A stretch of 64,000 nucleotides of DNA from Candidatus Saccharimonadales bacterium (GCA_038245195.1 JBBRSU010000003.1:8850-72849), one strand, 5' to 3'; positions 18,973 to 28,991 are shown, numbered from the stretch's first letter. Notes: generated by a model not told the origin, from the letters alone. Numbers and translations: made by a program.

Positions 18973-19148
18973 GTTGATTTCACATATTTGACTTTTATCG
19001 CTTTCATATTATGTTTATGTTTTTCCCCTACTGCCCTATTTATCATTATATATTTGACTTTAGCTAAAATACTGCCCTGCTATAGTTTTATTTAAAATTT
19101 AGTATTTTTATATTAATGAACAAATTACGAACTGAGGTAGGGTAGAAG

Positions 19149-20495
19149 CTAGTTCTTAACCGTTGTAGGCTTAGGTTGATTCTGAATCGTAATGTAAGCA
19201 ACCACACCAGCCGTACCGGCTAGTACCGCACATAACACAATGGTGAATCTGTAGATGTTCCCCTGTCCAGCTATGCCCAGTAAAGCTATCGTCACTAAGC
19301 CTGCCACCCGGGCCACAGCATTATTTATACCGGAGGCAATGCCCGATTCCTCATCACCTACCGATGACATCACGGTCGAAGTTAAAGGCGCGACCAACAG
19401 TGCCATACCTACCCCAAATAGAAGAGTTCTAGGTATAAGGAACAGGCTGAAGCTATCACCTGGTGAATAGCCAAGCAATGAAATAATCGCCAGACCTGAT
19501 ATTAGCGGACCAACGCTAATAAATAGCCGAGGCCCGATTTTAGCACTAATTGCTCCAACCCGACTAGATAAAGTTAGCAACAGAACGGATATTGGTAACA
19601 TGCTCAGACCTGCAACAAACGCCGAGTAGCCAAGTTTAGTCTGCATATAAATCGGTAGAATAAAACTAAAACCACCGAGTGCTCCATACATCAGAAAAGT
19701 CATTAGGTTCGAACCGCTAAAATTACGCGATTTAAATAGTCCGAAGCGAACAATCGGGTCCTGATAGCTACGTTCTCGCCATATAAATAGAAGGAGTGAG
19801 ATTGTGCTAATTATTAAGGCGATCACTGATTTTATTGCCCAACTGTTAACAGGCCCCTCAATCAATCCATAGGTAAGGCCAGCTAGAAAAATTACCGCTA
19901 ATACTGAACCGATGACGTCTAAGCGTCTGGCTGTCTCTGGCTGGCTGTCTTTAAAGTATTTTGTGGCTAAATAACCACATATAAAGCCGAGAGGCAGGTT
20001 TATTAGAAATATCCACCGCCATGAGGCCACATTAATCAGAAATCCGCCAAAAACAGGTCCAATCGGGATAACTATAGCTAACCAGGCCGACCATTTTCCA
20101 ATAGCTCGGCCCCGCTCTTTTTTAGGAAAATTGGTGTTAATTATAGCCAGTCCGTTAGGAACCAGTAAAGCTCCGAAAACACCCTGTATCACCCTAGCTG
20201 CGATGAGTATTGGGCTGTTTGGTGCCAAAGTACAAACCAGTGAAACGGCCGTAAATCCGAAAAGACCAATCAAGTAAATCTTTTTACGGCCGTAAATATC
20301 CCCCAATGAGCCACCAATCAGAATTAGAGCCGACAGGGACAATAAGAAACCGTCGACAATCCACTGCAAATCAGAGAATTTAGCATGGAATGAGGCCTGT
20401 ATAGACGGCAACGCCAGATTTACCACGAATCCATCCAAAACAACCATCCCGCTACCCAAAATGGTCGCCACCAAAACCCAGTTTTTACGATCCAT
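19149..20495 (-). CDS. MFS transporter (drug:H+ antiporter, EmrB/QacA-like, 14 TM)
   Basis: About 14 hydrophobic helices. The N-terminal GMVVLDGFVVNLALPSIQ and GDIYGRKKIYLIGL motifs are typical of DHA2 MFS. Confidence 0.8.
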   Translation of the reverse strand: MDRKNWVLVATILGSGMVVLDGFVVNLALPSIQASFHAKFSDLQWIVDGFLLSLSALILIGGSLGDIYGRKKIYLIGLFGFTAVSLVCTLAPNSPILIAARVIQGVFGALLVPNGLAIINTNFPKKERGRAIGKWSAWLAIVIPIGPVFGGFLINVASWRWIFLINLPLGFICGYLATKYFKDSQPETARRLDVIGSVLAVIFLAGLTYGLIEGPVNSWAIKSVIALIISTISLLLFIWRERSYQDPIVRFGLFKSRNFSGSNLMTFLMYGALGGFSFILPIYMQTKLGYSAFVAGLSMLPISVLLLTLSSRVGAISAKIGPRLFISVGPLISGLAIISLLGYSPGDSFSLFLIPRTLLFGVGMALLVAPLTSTVMSSVGDEESGIASGINNAVARVAGLVTIALLGIAGQGNIYRFTIVLCAVLAGTAGVVAYITIQNQPKPTTVKN

Positions 20496-21093
20496 GCCTA
20501 AATCATATCATCCAAAAAGTCCTAAACTTAGTATAATTAAGCTAAGAGTTGAGGAGCCAAGAATTCTCGTGAAGTTATTAAACCATTTTGACCAAAAAAC
20601 CACACTGCTGATTCAGGATTTACCGGCTCCCTGGATAGATATTATGAAAAATGTATCATTTTTAGGCGAACCGATTGTAGTTCTAGTTATCGCTGGCAGC
20701 GGATACATCTCGGCGGTTCAGAAGCATCAAAAACCAATACAAACTGCCTTTGTATACGCAGTAGTTGCTTTTTTGTTAAGTACAATCCTTAAATACATAC
20801 TACGCCGTGCTCGGCCCGACAATTTGGACATTCGTACGCTTGGTATTCGGAGTTACAGCTTTCCCAGTGGCCATGCCTTCGGCACTGTGGTGTTTTATGG
20901 TTTGTTTTCATATTTGGATTTAAAATACTTAACCCACCCCTGGAACTGGTTGATTAGCCTGGGACTATGGATTATTGTGGTTTTAATTGGAATTTCACGA
21001 GTCTATCTGAAATTTCACTACCCTAGTGACGTCTTAGCAGGCTGGTTACTAGGCGGTGCTTCGCTAGTTATGATAATTCAGCTAGCCTTCTAG
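20461..21093 (+). CDS. PAP2-family phosphatase (phosphatidic acid / undecaprenyl-PP phosphatase-like)
   Basis: KxxxxxxRP (KYILRRARP), PSGH and SRxxxxxHxxxD (SRVYLKFHYPSD) motifs. The ORF overlaps the MFS gene, so the true start is probably the internal ATG at 20641. Confidence 0.7.
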   Translation: MVATKTQFLRSMPKSYHPKSPKLSIIKLRVEEPRILVKLLNHFDQKTTLLIQDLPAPWIDIMKNVSFLGEPIVVLVIAGSGYISAVQKHQKPIQTAFVYAVVAFLLSTILKYILRRARPDNLDIRTLGIRSYSFPSGHAFGTVVFYGLFSYLDLKYLTHPWNWLISLGLWIIVVLIGISRVYLKFHYPSDVLAGWLLGGASLVMIIQLAF

Positions 21094-21103
21094 AGGAAAA
21101 TCT

Positions 21104-21976
21104 TTACTTATAGAACACCTTGCCGGACACTCTGACGTCTAAATACTCAGACGGCGTAATATGAGCTTGGGCAAACTTTTGGCGGCTAGCTAAAAATTGG
21201 CCGAGCTGAAGGTCAGCGTCACCACCCAGATAAAACTTTACAAAATACGATTGATCCGAAATGTGAAGGTCTAGCTCTTGAGGCAGTGCCGGCAGACTCA
21301 AAGAGCTAATTGGGACCTTGGCGTGTTGGGTTTGAGTTATTAGGCTCTGGATAAACTGGACCGATTGGGTACTTAGGATTTGGCGGCCCAATTGAGCATT
21401 AAATCCACTTTGATCGTTTAAGGTTACTAGATTTTTGCTGGTCGGCAAAGTCTCGGCCTTGGCTACCGCGACGCCCTGAGAGTCTACCACAAATGCTTGG
21501 TTGTTACTGGTTATTTTAAAGGCTGGAGGCGAGATAATTAACTTAGCCTTTGGCTGTTCCGAGAAAAATGGTAACTCGATTTGAACCGCTTGGACTTCTG
21601 GAAACTGGTTTTGTATCTTTGAAATCACCGCCTGTTCTTCAAAAGTTACTTTGTTGTGATTTTTATAACCCCCAAAGCTAGTTCGAACTTCGGCACTATA
21701 CACTTTTGCTGATCGATAAGTTAGATCAGTGACGCTAACGCTGGGGTTTGAGCTAAGCATCAGACTATTAATTAATCCGGCTAGTAGCAGAATTATCACT
21801 AATATATCGACGATACCAATAACGAATCTTCGATGGTTTTTCTTAAGTGGTTTTCTTTCAAATGGACTAGCCGGTAGGTTCTCATTTTTAGAACGATAAT
21901 AAGTGTTAAGGGGTGTTCGTTTGTAACTATCCTGAGATTGTTTTGATGACCTGGGTGTTTTACTGAGCCGGGCCAT
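21104..21976 (-). CDS. ftsQ: cell division protein FtsQ/DivIB-like
   Basis: Basic cytoplasmic tail, a single TM helix and a POTRA-like extracellular domain. Positioned immediately after murG in the dcw order. Confidence 0.55.
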   Translation of the reverse strand: MARLSKTPRSSKQSQDSYKRTPLNTYYRSKNENLPASPFERKPLKKNHRRFVIGIVDILVIILLLAGLINSLMLSSNPSVSVTDLTYRSAKVYSAEVRTSFGGYKNHNKVTFEEQAVISKIQNQFPEVQAVQIELPFFSEQPKAKLIISPPAFKITSNNQAFVVDSQGVAVAKAETLPTSKNLVTLNDQSGFNAQLGRQILSTQSVQFIQSLITQTQHAKVPISSLSLPALPQELDLHISDQSYFVKFYLGGDADLQLGQFLASRQKFAQAHITPSEYLDVRVSGKVFYK

Positions 21977-21977
21977 A

Positions 21978-23180
21978 TTAATCTGTTGGCCTGGCGTTTT
22001 TTAGAATTATGTTAGCTAGATTGGCTGCCGCTCTAGGTTGTGACGTATTGTGCAGATTTTCAGCTAGCTCCCAGCGCCGAGCATCATTTTTTAATAGCTC
22101 GTTAATGATAACTAAAAGCTCATCTGGCTGGACGTTTTCATTGAGTACCACTGCCGCGTCTTTGTCGGCTAACTCTTCGGCATTTTTGAGTTGATGACCA
22201 TCGGCTAGAAACGGTGCTGGTATTAGAATACAGGCCTTACCGGCTGCACTCAGCTCAGCCAGCGTGGTGGCCCCTGCCCTGGTAATTATTAGATCAGAAG
22301 CTGCAATTAAAGCGTAAAAATCCGGGTTAAATCCCATTACCTTGACTCTACTTTGTACATTTTTGGTCAATTGTTGCTTGTAAGCATTTTTAACTTGGCT
22401 CTCATGCTGTTTGCCACTTAAATGAAGGATGTGAAGTGATAGGTTAGCCTCTAATAAATGATTAGCGATCGCTACGAGTGTGTCATTAAGATATTTAGAA
22501 CCGTTGCCACCGCCGGAAAGCAGTAGGACTTGGCTATCTTCGGGCAACCCTAGCTCGGACTTATATTTTGTTTGTAACTTTGGAGTGACTTTCTGAATGC
22601 GGGCATCAATTGGAATGCCAACGTATTCGATACTAGCTTTGGGGTAATTATAGAATTTGGCCGGCATACCAGTAGCATGAACTTTAGCCCAACGCCCAAC
22701 TATCCGATTAGCCAAACCCGGCATGACGTCGGAGTCGTGAGTGATAATTGGTACACCCCTGATTTTTGCCGCAACTCCAACTGGCACCGCCACAAACCCA
22801 CCCTTGCTAAATATTACCGAGGGTTTAAACCGGCGTAGAATTCGGTAGGACATTATTACACTACCTGGTAGCCGAAAAATATCTCGGATATTAAGTAGGA
22901 GTGTTTTAGAATCAAATAAATTCCGAATCAGACTCTGCCCATGATAGCGCCGAAACTTTCCAGCGTTAATAAACACTAAAAAATCGAAGTTGTGTGACTT
23001 AATTTTCAGTTTATCGAAATTATCCCCCTTATGGCCGACATAAACTATCTGACAGTTAGGGGCCTGTGACTTAAGTTCTTGGGCGAGTGACAAGAGTGGC
23101 GTTATGTGGCCGCCGGATCCCCCGCCCGTTAAGATTATAGTTGGTGTCGTTTGGTTCATTAATGCTTGGTTTTGGTTCAA
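21978..23180 (-). CDS. murG: UDP-N-acetylglucosamine--N-acetylmuramyl-(pentapeptide) pyrophosphoryl-undecaprenol GlcNAc transferase MurG
   Basis: TGGGSGGHITPLLSLAQEL N-terminal motif. GT28 C-terminal ATTLAELSAAGKACILIP. The start probably lies at or after the internal Met (about 23159), overlapping ftsW. Confidence 0.85.
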   Translation of the reverse strand: MNQNQALMNQTTPTIILTGGGSGGHITPLLSLAQELKSQAPNCQIVYVGHKGDNFDKLKIKSHNFDFLVFINAGKFRRYHGQSLIRNLFDSKTLLLNIRDIFRLPGSVIMSYRILRRFKPSVIFSKGGFVAVPVGVAAKIRGVPIITHDSDVMPGLANRIVGRWAKVHATGMPAKFYNYPKASIEYVGIPIDARIQKVTPKLQTKYKSELGLPEDSQVLLLSGGGNGSKYLNDTLVAIANHLLEANLSLHILHLSGKQHESQVKNAYKQQLTKNVQSRVKVMGFNPDFYALIAASDLIITRAGATTLAELSAAGKACILIPAPFLADGHQLKNAEELADKDAAVVLNENVQPDELLVIINELLKNDARRWELAENLHNTSQPRAAANLANIILKNARPTD

Positions 23181-24333
23181 CTACGCTGTAACTAGTATAG
23201 CGTGAAATCTGGAAAACGATGCCCAGAGCCGCCGTCAGAAATATTAAGCTGGTTCCGCCCTGACTAATCAGTGGCAGAGTGATTCCCTTCAATGGCAGAA
23301 GCCCAATCATGGCCCCTACGTTAATGATCATTTGAGTGCTAAGCCAGGCCATTACACCAATGACCAGTAATCGCCTGAACTGGTCTGGGGTATGTTCAAC
23401 AATCCGCTTCAGTCTTGTGATGAAAGCTCCATAGACCACAATAATTAATACTGTACCGATAAATCCGAACTGTTCGGCCATAATCGCAAAAATTGAATCA
23501 TTTGAAGCCTCTGGGGTATAACCATAGGCCTGCACGCTATAACCAAGGCCTAAGCCCAGAACCCCTCCTGAACCGACGGCTATTAAGGCCTGACAGGCCT
23601 GATAGCCAGTGGTTTGGCAATTGGCTTGGGGATGCAGAAAAGTCGTTAGGCGGTCCCGACGATAAGAACTTGATGAAATGGCAATAACGCCGAGGGCTAC
23701 CACAATCCCGCAAATCAATGCCGCTTTTTTTAACGGTATTCCAGCAACAAAGGCCATTAGTACAATCATGGCCACCATTACCCCTGAAGAGCCTAGGTCG
23801 CTCTGCAATTTGGCTACAAATAGTCCGATGCCCAGCAACAAAAAAACTAAAGGTTTTAGAGTTGTGGCGTCGGCTAACCTGGCCTGCTTCCATTTAACAG
23901 CCAGGAAGTCGGCTACGCCGATTAATATTGCCAATTTGATAAGTTCAGCCACTTGAAACGAAAAACCGCCTAAACGTATCCAGCGATGGGCCTGATAGAT
24001 AGCATCAATTGGGGTTACCATGACAATTAGACAACCGGCTACAGCGACGATGGCTAATGGTTTGGCTAAACGTCGCCACAGCTCAATTGGGATCATTGAA
24101 GCCAACCCAAAAGTCACAATTCCTAAAGTTACATCAATCAGTTGTTTAACAATAAAGTAGCTTTGGCTGGTGTGACTGCTAGCACTTAAGCCGGGGCTAA
24201 TCGAATAAACCACTATTAAACCTATCACTAATAAAAGCGAGCCAATTACCAGTAGCCAGTAGTCTGGTTTATGCTGTCGCGCCACTTCGCCAGAATAGCG
24301 GGGACTGTTGCCCTTTAAGCGGCGCGATTCCAT
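23071..24333 (-). CDS. ftsW: SEDS-family peptidoglycan polymerase FtsW/RodA
   Basis: 10-TM SEDS pattern (…DLGSSGVMVAMIVLMAF… …LPLISQGGTSLIF…). Its 3' end overlaps the murG 5' end by about 90-110 nt. Confidence 0.8.
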   Translation of the reverse strand: MESRRLKGNSPRYSGEVARQHKPDYWLLVIGSLLLVIGLIVVYSISPGLSASSHTSQSYFIVKQLIDVTLGIVTFGLASMIPIELWRRLAKPLAIVAVAGCLIVMVTPIDAIYQAHRWIRLGGFSFQVAELIKLAILIGVADFLAVKWKQARLADATTLKPLVFLLLGIGLFVAKLQSDLGSSGVMVAMIVLMAFVAGIPLKKAALICGIVVALGVIAISSSSYRRDRLTTFLHPQANCQTTGYQACQALIAVGSGGVLGLGLGYSVQAYGYTPEASNDSIFAIMAEQFGFIGTVLIIVVYGAFITRLKRIVEHTPDQFRRLLVIGVMAWLSTQMIINVGAMIGLLPLKGITLPLISQGGTSLIFLTAALGIVFQISRYTSYSVVEPKPSINEPNDTNYNLNGRGIRRPHNATLVTRPRT

Positions 24334-24336
24334 GCC

Positions 24337-25374
24337 TTAAGGTCCCCCGAGTATAAATACTACTAGTCCGACTAAAGCGGCTACCTGGCCTAAGATCCAA
24401 AAACGCATTGTTACTTTGGTCTCCGGCCAACCTAAAGCTTCAAAATGATGGTGAATCGGGCTAGACAGAAAGATCTTCTTACCCTTACGGAGTTTCTTGC
24501 TAATGATCTGCAAAGCCACCGAGCCAATCTCGGCCACAAAAACAATGGCAATTATTGGCAAGATAAAGACTGTGTCGGTTAGCATAGCAACTACCCCTAA
24601 TGCCGTACCAAGGGCAAATGAACCAACATCACCCATGAAAAATCTGGCCGGATAGACATTAAACCAAGTGTAGCTAAGCAGTGCCCCGACAATCGTCATA
24701 CAGAAGCCAGATAGCCCATATTTCTTTTCGATAAGGGCAATAATGGCATATGCCCCGAAGGCAGTAGCCGATAGACCGCCGGCTAAACCGTCTAACCCAT
24801 CAGTCATATTAACCGCATTGGCGGTCGAGAATATCACTAAAACAAACAGTGGAATAATTAACCACCCCAGATGCCAGGCACTCAAAAATGGAATATCAAT
24901 ACTATGCACCCCCAGCTTCTCGTAGAACCACCAACCACCAATAAGAGCAATACCTACTAATAGTAAGGATTTAACCTTGGCCCTCATGCCAGCGATGCCG
25001 CCGCCGATGCCACGGATATTAATAACATCATCAATTAGGCCAATTCCCCCGGCACCAACCATGGCGGCCAAGGGTAGCCAGGTTTGGGAACGGCTTAAAT
25101 TGCCGGCCAGAGTCACAATTATGGTCGATAGAACAAAGATAATACCGGCCATGGTTGGGATATTTCGAGTGTGCTTAGCGGCGTGTAGTTTTTGATAAAT
25201 TACAGCTTTTTCACCAGTTATTGCCGTAGTTCTGGCTTTTTTCCACCATTTGCCCGAAAAAGCCGCTGTAGTATAGAGAGGAGTAAGTAGCATGCTGACA
25301 ATAAAGCTCAAAAAGCCAAACAGAAAAATTTTTTCAATGGTATCGGAGTCGGCGAATATTTGAAGTGTTATCAT
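24337..25374 (-). CDS. mraY: phospho-N-acetylmuramoyl-pentapeptide transferase MraY
   Basis: NMTDGLDGLAGG. DDVINIRGIGG. HHHFE motif. Confidence 0.9.
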   Translation of the reverse strand: MITLQIFADSDTIEKIFLFGFLSFIVSMLLTPLYTTAAFSGKWWKKARTTAITGEKAVIYQKLHAAKHTRNIPTMAGIIFVLSTIIVTLAGNLSRSQTWLPLAAMVGAGGIGLIDDVINIRGIGGGIAGMRAKVKSLLLVGIALIGGWWFYEKLGVHSIDIPFLSAWHLGWLIIPLFVLVIFSTANAVNMTDGLDGLAGGLSATAFGAYAIIALIEKKYGLSGFCMTIVGALLSYTWFNVYPARFFMGDVGSFALGTALGVVAMLTDTVFILPIIAIVFVAEIGSVALQIISKKLRKGKKIFLSSPIHHHFEALGWPETKVTMRFWILGQVAALVGLVVFILGGP

Positions 25375-25422
25375 TTTAGTTTTATAAGGTTCGAGACCTA
25401 TTATATCATTTAGTTTTCGAAA

Positions 25423-27216
25423 TTAATTAACAGTTTTTGGCGTAACATTAAAATCATTAATTAGCATGTGTGCCAGATCGGCAAATAAAGGCATGGCGGC
25501 TGTTGTCCCAGCGTATCCGCTAATTTTAGGTTGCCTTACAGCCACTATGATAACGTACTGCGGTTTATCACCACCTACAAAACCCATAAAAGTTCCGTCA
25601 TAACGGTCGCCATAATAGCCACCGGCCGGATTAGCAATCTGGGCGGTGCCGGTTTTTCCGCCGACTACATAGCCGGCCGGAAAGACCATATTCTTAAAAC
25701 CTTGGTCAACCTTAGTCTGAACCACTCCGGCCATCAAGCCCTGCATTTCTTGGGCGACTTGAGCCGATACGACATTTTTTCTAACCACTTTAGGCTGATT
25801 GGCGATGGTCTGGCCTTTTGGGCTAATAGAATCGTCTATCAAATGTGGCTGATAGTATGTGCCGCCGTTGACAACCGACGATATGGCCGCCGCCATTTGC
25901 AAGGGTGTGGCGGTCATGGCTTGGCCGAAAGCCGTATTGGCATAAGTTAGCTGTAAGGCATAGCCTTTATCTGGCGATGGTATATAACCGCTGGCCTCAT
26001 AACCCTGCTCTATGCCAGTGGATCTACCAAGCCGGAAATGGTTAACCATGTAGTCATACCATTTATCACGAGCCATTTGGTTTACTGTGCCGGTAGTATG
26101 GCCCATCTGCATCAACATCCAGGTAGCACCGGTGTTCATTGAAAGATTAAGGATTTTAGCAATATTGCTCGGTCCGGGCCCGCCGTCTTCTTCAACGTTT
26201 TTAACAATACTGCCGTCCAGACTCCATTTACCAGGGTCATAATAAGTAGAGTCGAGAGTGACTACTCCTTGGTCCAGTGCAGCACTGGCAGTCAAGGTCT
26301 TCATTATGGAGCCGATCTCAAACGGTGAGCTAACCGAGGCGTTGTTAAACAAATTAGAGTCGGTAACGTTATAAAATTGGGCCGGGTCATAAGTTGGATA
26401 ATTAGCCATGGCTTTAATGGCTCCGGTGTTAGCATCTAAGATTAGGGCACTCCCTTGGTTGCTCAAAGCGTGCTTGAGGTTTTGGGCTAAATAGGACTCT
26501 AGCTGTTGTTGCATACCCAAATCAACCGTAAGAACCAAGTTATTCCCCGGCTTAGGGTCTACTTGGACATTGTCACGGCTAGCGGCTAGCGGCACACCAT
26601 TTACATCAGTGATAGCTTTGAGTAGTCCCGGAGTGCCACTTAACTGCTTATTCTGCGACTGCTCAATACCATAAGACCCCTTCCCTTCATCATTGACAAA
26701 GCCTAGTAACTGAGCCGCCAGCGTGCCCTGCGGGTAGGTTCGATAATCTTCGGCGATTAAACCAATCCCTGATAATTTTAAGCCAGCAATCTTTTTATTT
26801 TGGTCACCGCTAACGCGTTTAGCTAAAACCACGTAACGAGAATTTTTGGTTTTTATCAAATTGGTATACTTCTGAACATCGCCATGCGTAATTGTGGCAA
26901 CTTTTTGAGCAGTTTCACCAGCATTTTTTACTAGAGTTGGGTCGACAAACAATGTATAAAGTTTTTCATTCAGCACCAAGGGCACAATGCCAGTTCCCTG
27001 GTGGGCTTCGATTGTACCTCTCTCGGCCGATATCGAATACTGTTTTAGCTGGTCATTTAAGGCTGCTTTTTGGTAATAATCGTGTCGAATAATCTGTAGA
27101 TAAAACAATCGAAACACTATGACAACGATAATAAATAACAATACACCGTACCATATATATAGTCGGCGGTTAGAGCTGGCTTTTAGAGCCCTATCTTTGG
27201 TCGGCAGTCGATCCAT
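25423..27216 (-). CDS. ftsI: penicillin-binding protein 2 / FtsI-type transpeptidase
   Basis: N-terminal TM helix + PBP dimerisation domain. Transpeptidase motifs SIMK (SxxK), SMN and KTGTA. Confidence 0.85.
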   Translation of the reverse strand: MDRLPTKDRALKASSNRRLYIWYGVLLFIIVVIVFRLFYLQIIRHDYYQKAALNDQLKQYSISAERGTIEAHQGTGIVPLVLNEKLYTLFVDPTLVKNAGETAQKVATITHGDVQKYTNLIKTKNSRYVVLAKRVSGDQNKKIAGLKLSGIGLIAEDYRTYPQGTLAAQLLGFVNDEGKGSYGIEQSQNKQLSGTPGLLKAITDVNGVPLAASRDNVQVDPKPGNNLVLTVDLGMQQQLESYLAQNLKHALSNQGSALILDANTGAIKAMANYPTYDPAQFYNVTDSNLFNNASVSSPFEIGSIMKTLTASAALDQGVVTLDSTYYDPGKWSLDGSIVKNVEEDGGPGPSNIAKILNLSMNTGATWMLMQMGHTTGTVNQMARDKWYDYMVNHFRLGRSTGIEQGYEASGYIPSPDKGYALQLTYANTAFGQAMTATPLQMAAAISSVVNGGTYYQPHLIDDSISPKGQTIANQPKVVRKNVVSAQVAQEMQGLMAGVVQTKVDQGFKNMVFPAGYVVGGKTGTAQIANPAGGYYGDRYDGTFMGFVGGDKPQYVIIVAVRQPKISGYAGTTAAMPLFADLAHMLINDFNVTPKTVN

Positions 27217-27229
27217 TCTAATTATTCTA

Positions 27230-27616
27230 CTATTGAACTACACCACTAGGTGCAACCGAAACCAAACTTTTGGCAGCATTGCTGGCAGCTACTCTATCAA
27301 GGGCCTGTAACCGAGCCGAGCTAACCTCTAAGTTGGCTTTTTGGTCTTTTAAGCTAGATTGCTGTTGTTCCAAGTTGTTGATGTTGTAGCCATAGCCGTT
27401 GGTTTTGGTGACTTGAGTCAGATACAAGAGTCCGACTAAGCAAGCCAGCAGAATCAAAATGATGGTGTTGCTAATTGGACCAAGTGTCCGGGCACTAGCC
27501 GCAAAACTAACAGAGTTTTGATTTTTGCGTACGTATCCCCTGCGGGAAGCAGCAATTGAGCTTGAATATGTCATATTTTTGTTTTTTTGGGCGGCGGTGC
27601 CCTTTTTATAAAGCAC
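27230..27616 (-). CDS. FtsL/DivIC-like septum formation protein (TM + coiled coil)
   Basis: Single TM helix (IILILLACLVGLLYL) followed by the heptad-rich segment NLEQQQSSLKDQKANLEVSSARLQALD. Sits in the canonical ftsL slot between rsmH and ftsI. Confidence 0.45.
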   Translation of the reverse strand: MLYKKGTAAQKNKNMTYSSSIAASRRGYVRKNQNSVSFAASARTLGPISNTIILILLACLVGLLYLTQVTKTNGYGYNINNLEQQQSSLKDQKANLEVSSARLQALDRVAASNAAKSLVSVAPSGVVQ

Positions 27617-27732
27617 CGCCTGTCTCCATAGTTAGCCGGAGTTCGGTTTAGATTACTACTCTAACCGGCACTCGAGCTGCTCTGGAGTTTCGATACTCTA
27701 CCTTTATTGGCATTGAGCGTTCCTTGCCCTTT

Positions 27733-28641
27733 CTATTGGTTTTTTATTTTTGCTGCGGCTCGCATTTTCGCACTGCGGGCTCGCGGATTGGAAACTATTT
27801 CGGATTGGCTGGCAACTATCGGTTTTTTGGTTAACAGTTTGAGTTCGGCATCGTAGCGGTCACCCGCATTGTCGTTCAGAAACTGTTTGACCAGTCTGTC
27901 TTCCAAGCTATGGAAGCTAACGATAGCTACCCGACCGCCAGGTGCTAGTAATTGCAGCATCAGCGGCAAAGCTTTGCGCAGCTGATTGATTTCGTCATTT
28001 ACAGCTATCCTGATGGCTTGAAAACTGCGCGTGGCTGGATGAGTCTTAGCATGCCTTGCTCTCCAGCCAACGGCATTAGCAATTATTTTTGCTAGTTCTT
28101 CGGTGTTATTGATTGGACGACTGTCTTTAATTGCTTTAGCAATTAGCTTAGCTCTTGGTTCTTCTCCATACATCTTTAAAATTTGCGCCAGCTCTTCTTG
28201 GCTACTGTCGTTGACTATCTGCTGGGCGCTTAACTCTTGTCGTCTGTCCATTCTCATATCAAGCGGGCCATTTTGCTTGAACGAAAAACCTCGGGTACTT
28301 TCTTCAATGTGCGGTGAACTTAGCCCCAAATCTGCCAAAACCATATCGAAACGTTGGTTCTCGCCTACCAAACGTTCTGTGGTGCTCAAAAACTCGGCAT
28401 GGATTATCTGCGCACCGCTATTTGCGAATATCTCGCTTAGCGTGCCGATGGCATTATCGTCTCTATCTACAAGCACCGTTGCTTCGGGGGTTTTGGTAGC
28501 GTTTATAACCGCAACCGCGTGGCCTCCGTAACCGGCCGTTAAATCCAAGTAGCTTTCGCCAGGGTGTGGGTCCAGGCAGTCTAGTACTTCTGTGATCAAA
28601 ACGGGCTTGTGCAAATTATTGGTTGATTTTGGTTTTGGCAT
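27733..28641 (-). CDS. rsmH: 16S rRNA (cytosine1402-N4)-methyltransferase RsmH (MraW)
   Basis: VLDCLDP…YLDLTAGYGGHAVAV SAM motif and conserved MraW C-terminal region (VSFHSLEDRLVK). Confidence 0.9.
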   Translation of the reverse strand: MPKPKSTNNLHKPVLITEVLDCLDPHPGESYLDLTAGYGGHAVAVINATKTPEATVLVDRDDNAIGTLSEIFANSGAQIIHAEFLSTTERLVGENQRFDMVLADLGLSSPHIEESTRGFSFKQNGPLDMRMDRRQELSAQQIVNDSSQEELAQILKMYGEEPRAKLIAKAIKDSRPINNTEELAKIIANAVGWRARHAKTHPATRSFQAIRIAVNDEINQLRKALPLMLQLLAPGGRVAIVSFHSLEDRLVKQFLNDNAGDRYDAELKLLTKKPIVASQSEIVSNPRARSAKMRAAAKIKNQ

Positions 28642-28991
28642 TTTTGTTTTTGTTTTTACAAGATCACCTATTTAGCAGTCAGCTTTTTGTTTTTTTGTGG
28701 TTTTTGTTTTTGTTTATCCGCTTAGAGAGCGAATTTTTGGGTGGAGCTCAGGGCGCGAAATTGCTTTCTTGCTTCTAGGCTCCAAAAGTTCTTTGTGAGA
28801 GACTTTTTTGTGAGGTGGAGTTTTGGGAGGTGTTACAAATGTAGAAGGTACAAAGGTTTTTATAACGGTGGTTACCTTAAAGATCCACCGGCTGACTGCC
28901 AAATAGCTAATCTCGATATGTTTTTGCTTTATTTGTCAGTTGATCTCGCCTAATTGTTAAGTTGCGTATTTAGCTCCTGCCCAGAATCACT

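Noticed and set aside
19003-19020. dif-like XerC/D site (TTATGTTTATG)
   Set aside because: Only 8 of 11 positions match a XerD arm, and no convincing XerC arm precedes it. It is kept only as a weak alternative inside the spacer finding.
28714-28953. Two overlapping ORFs (62 and 70 aa) in the mraZ-rsmH spacer
   Set aside because: They lie in T/G-rich low-complexity DNA on opposite strands. They have no RBS, and one is antisense to the cluster. More likely an untranslated leader.
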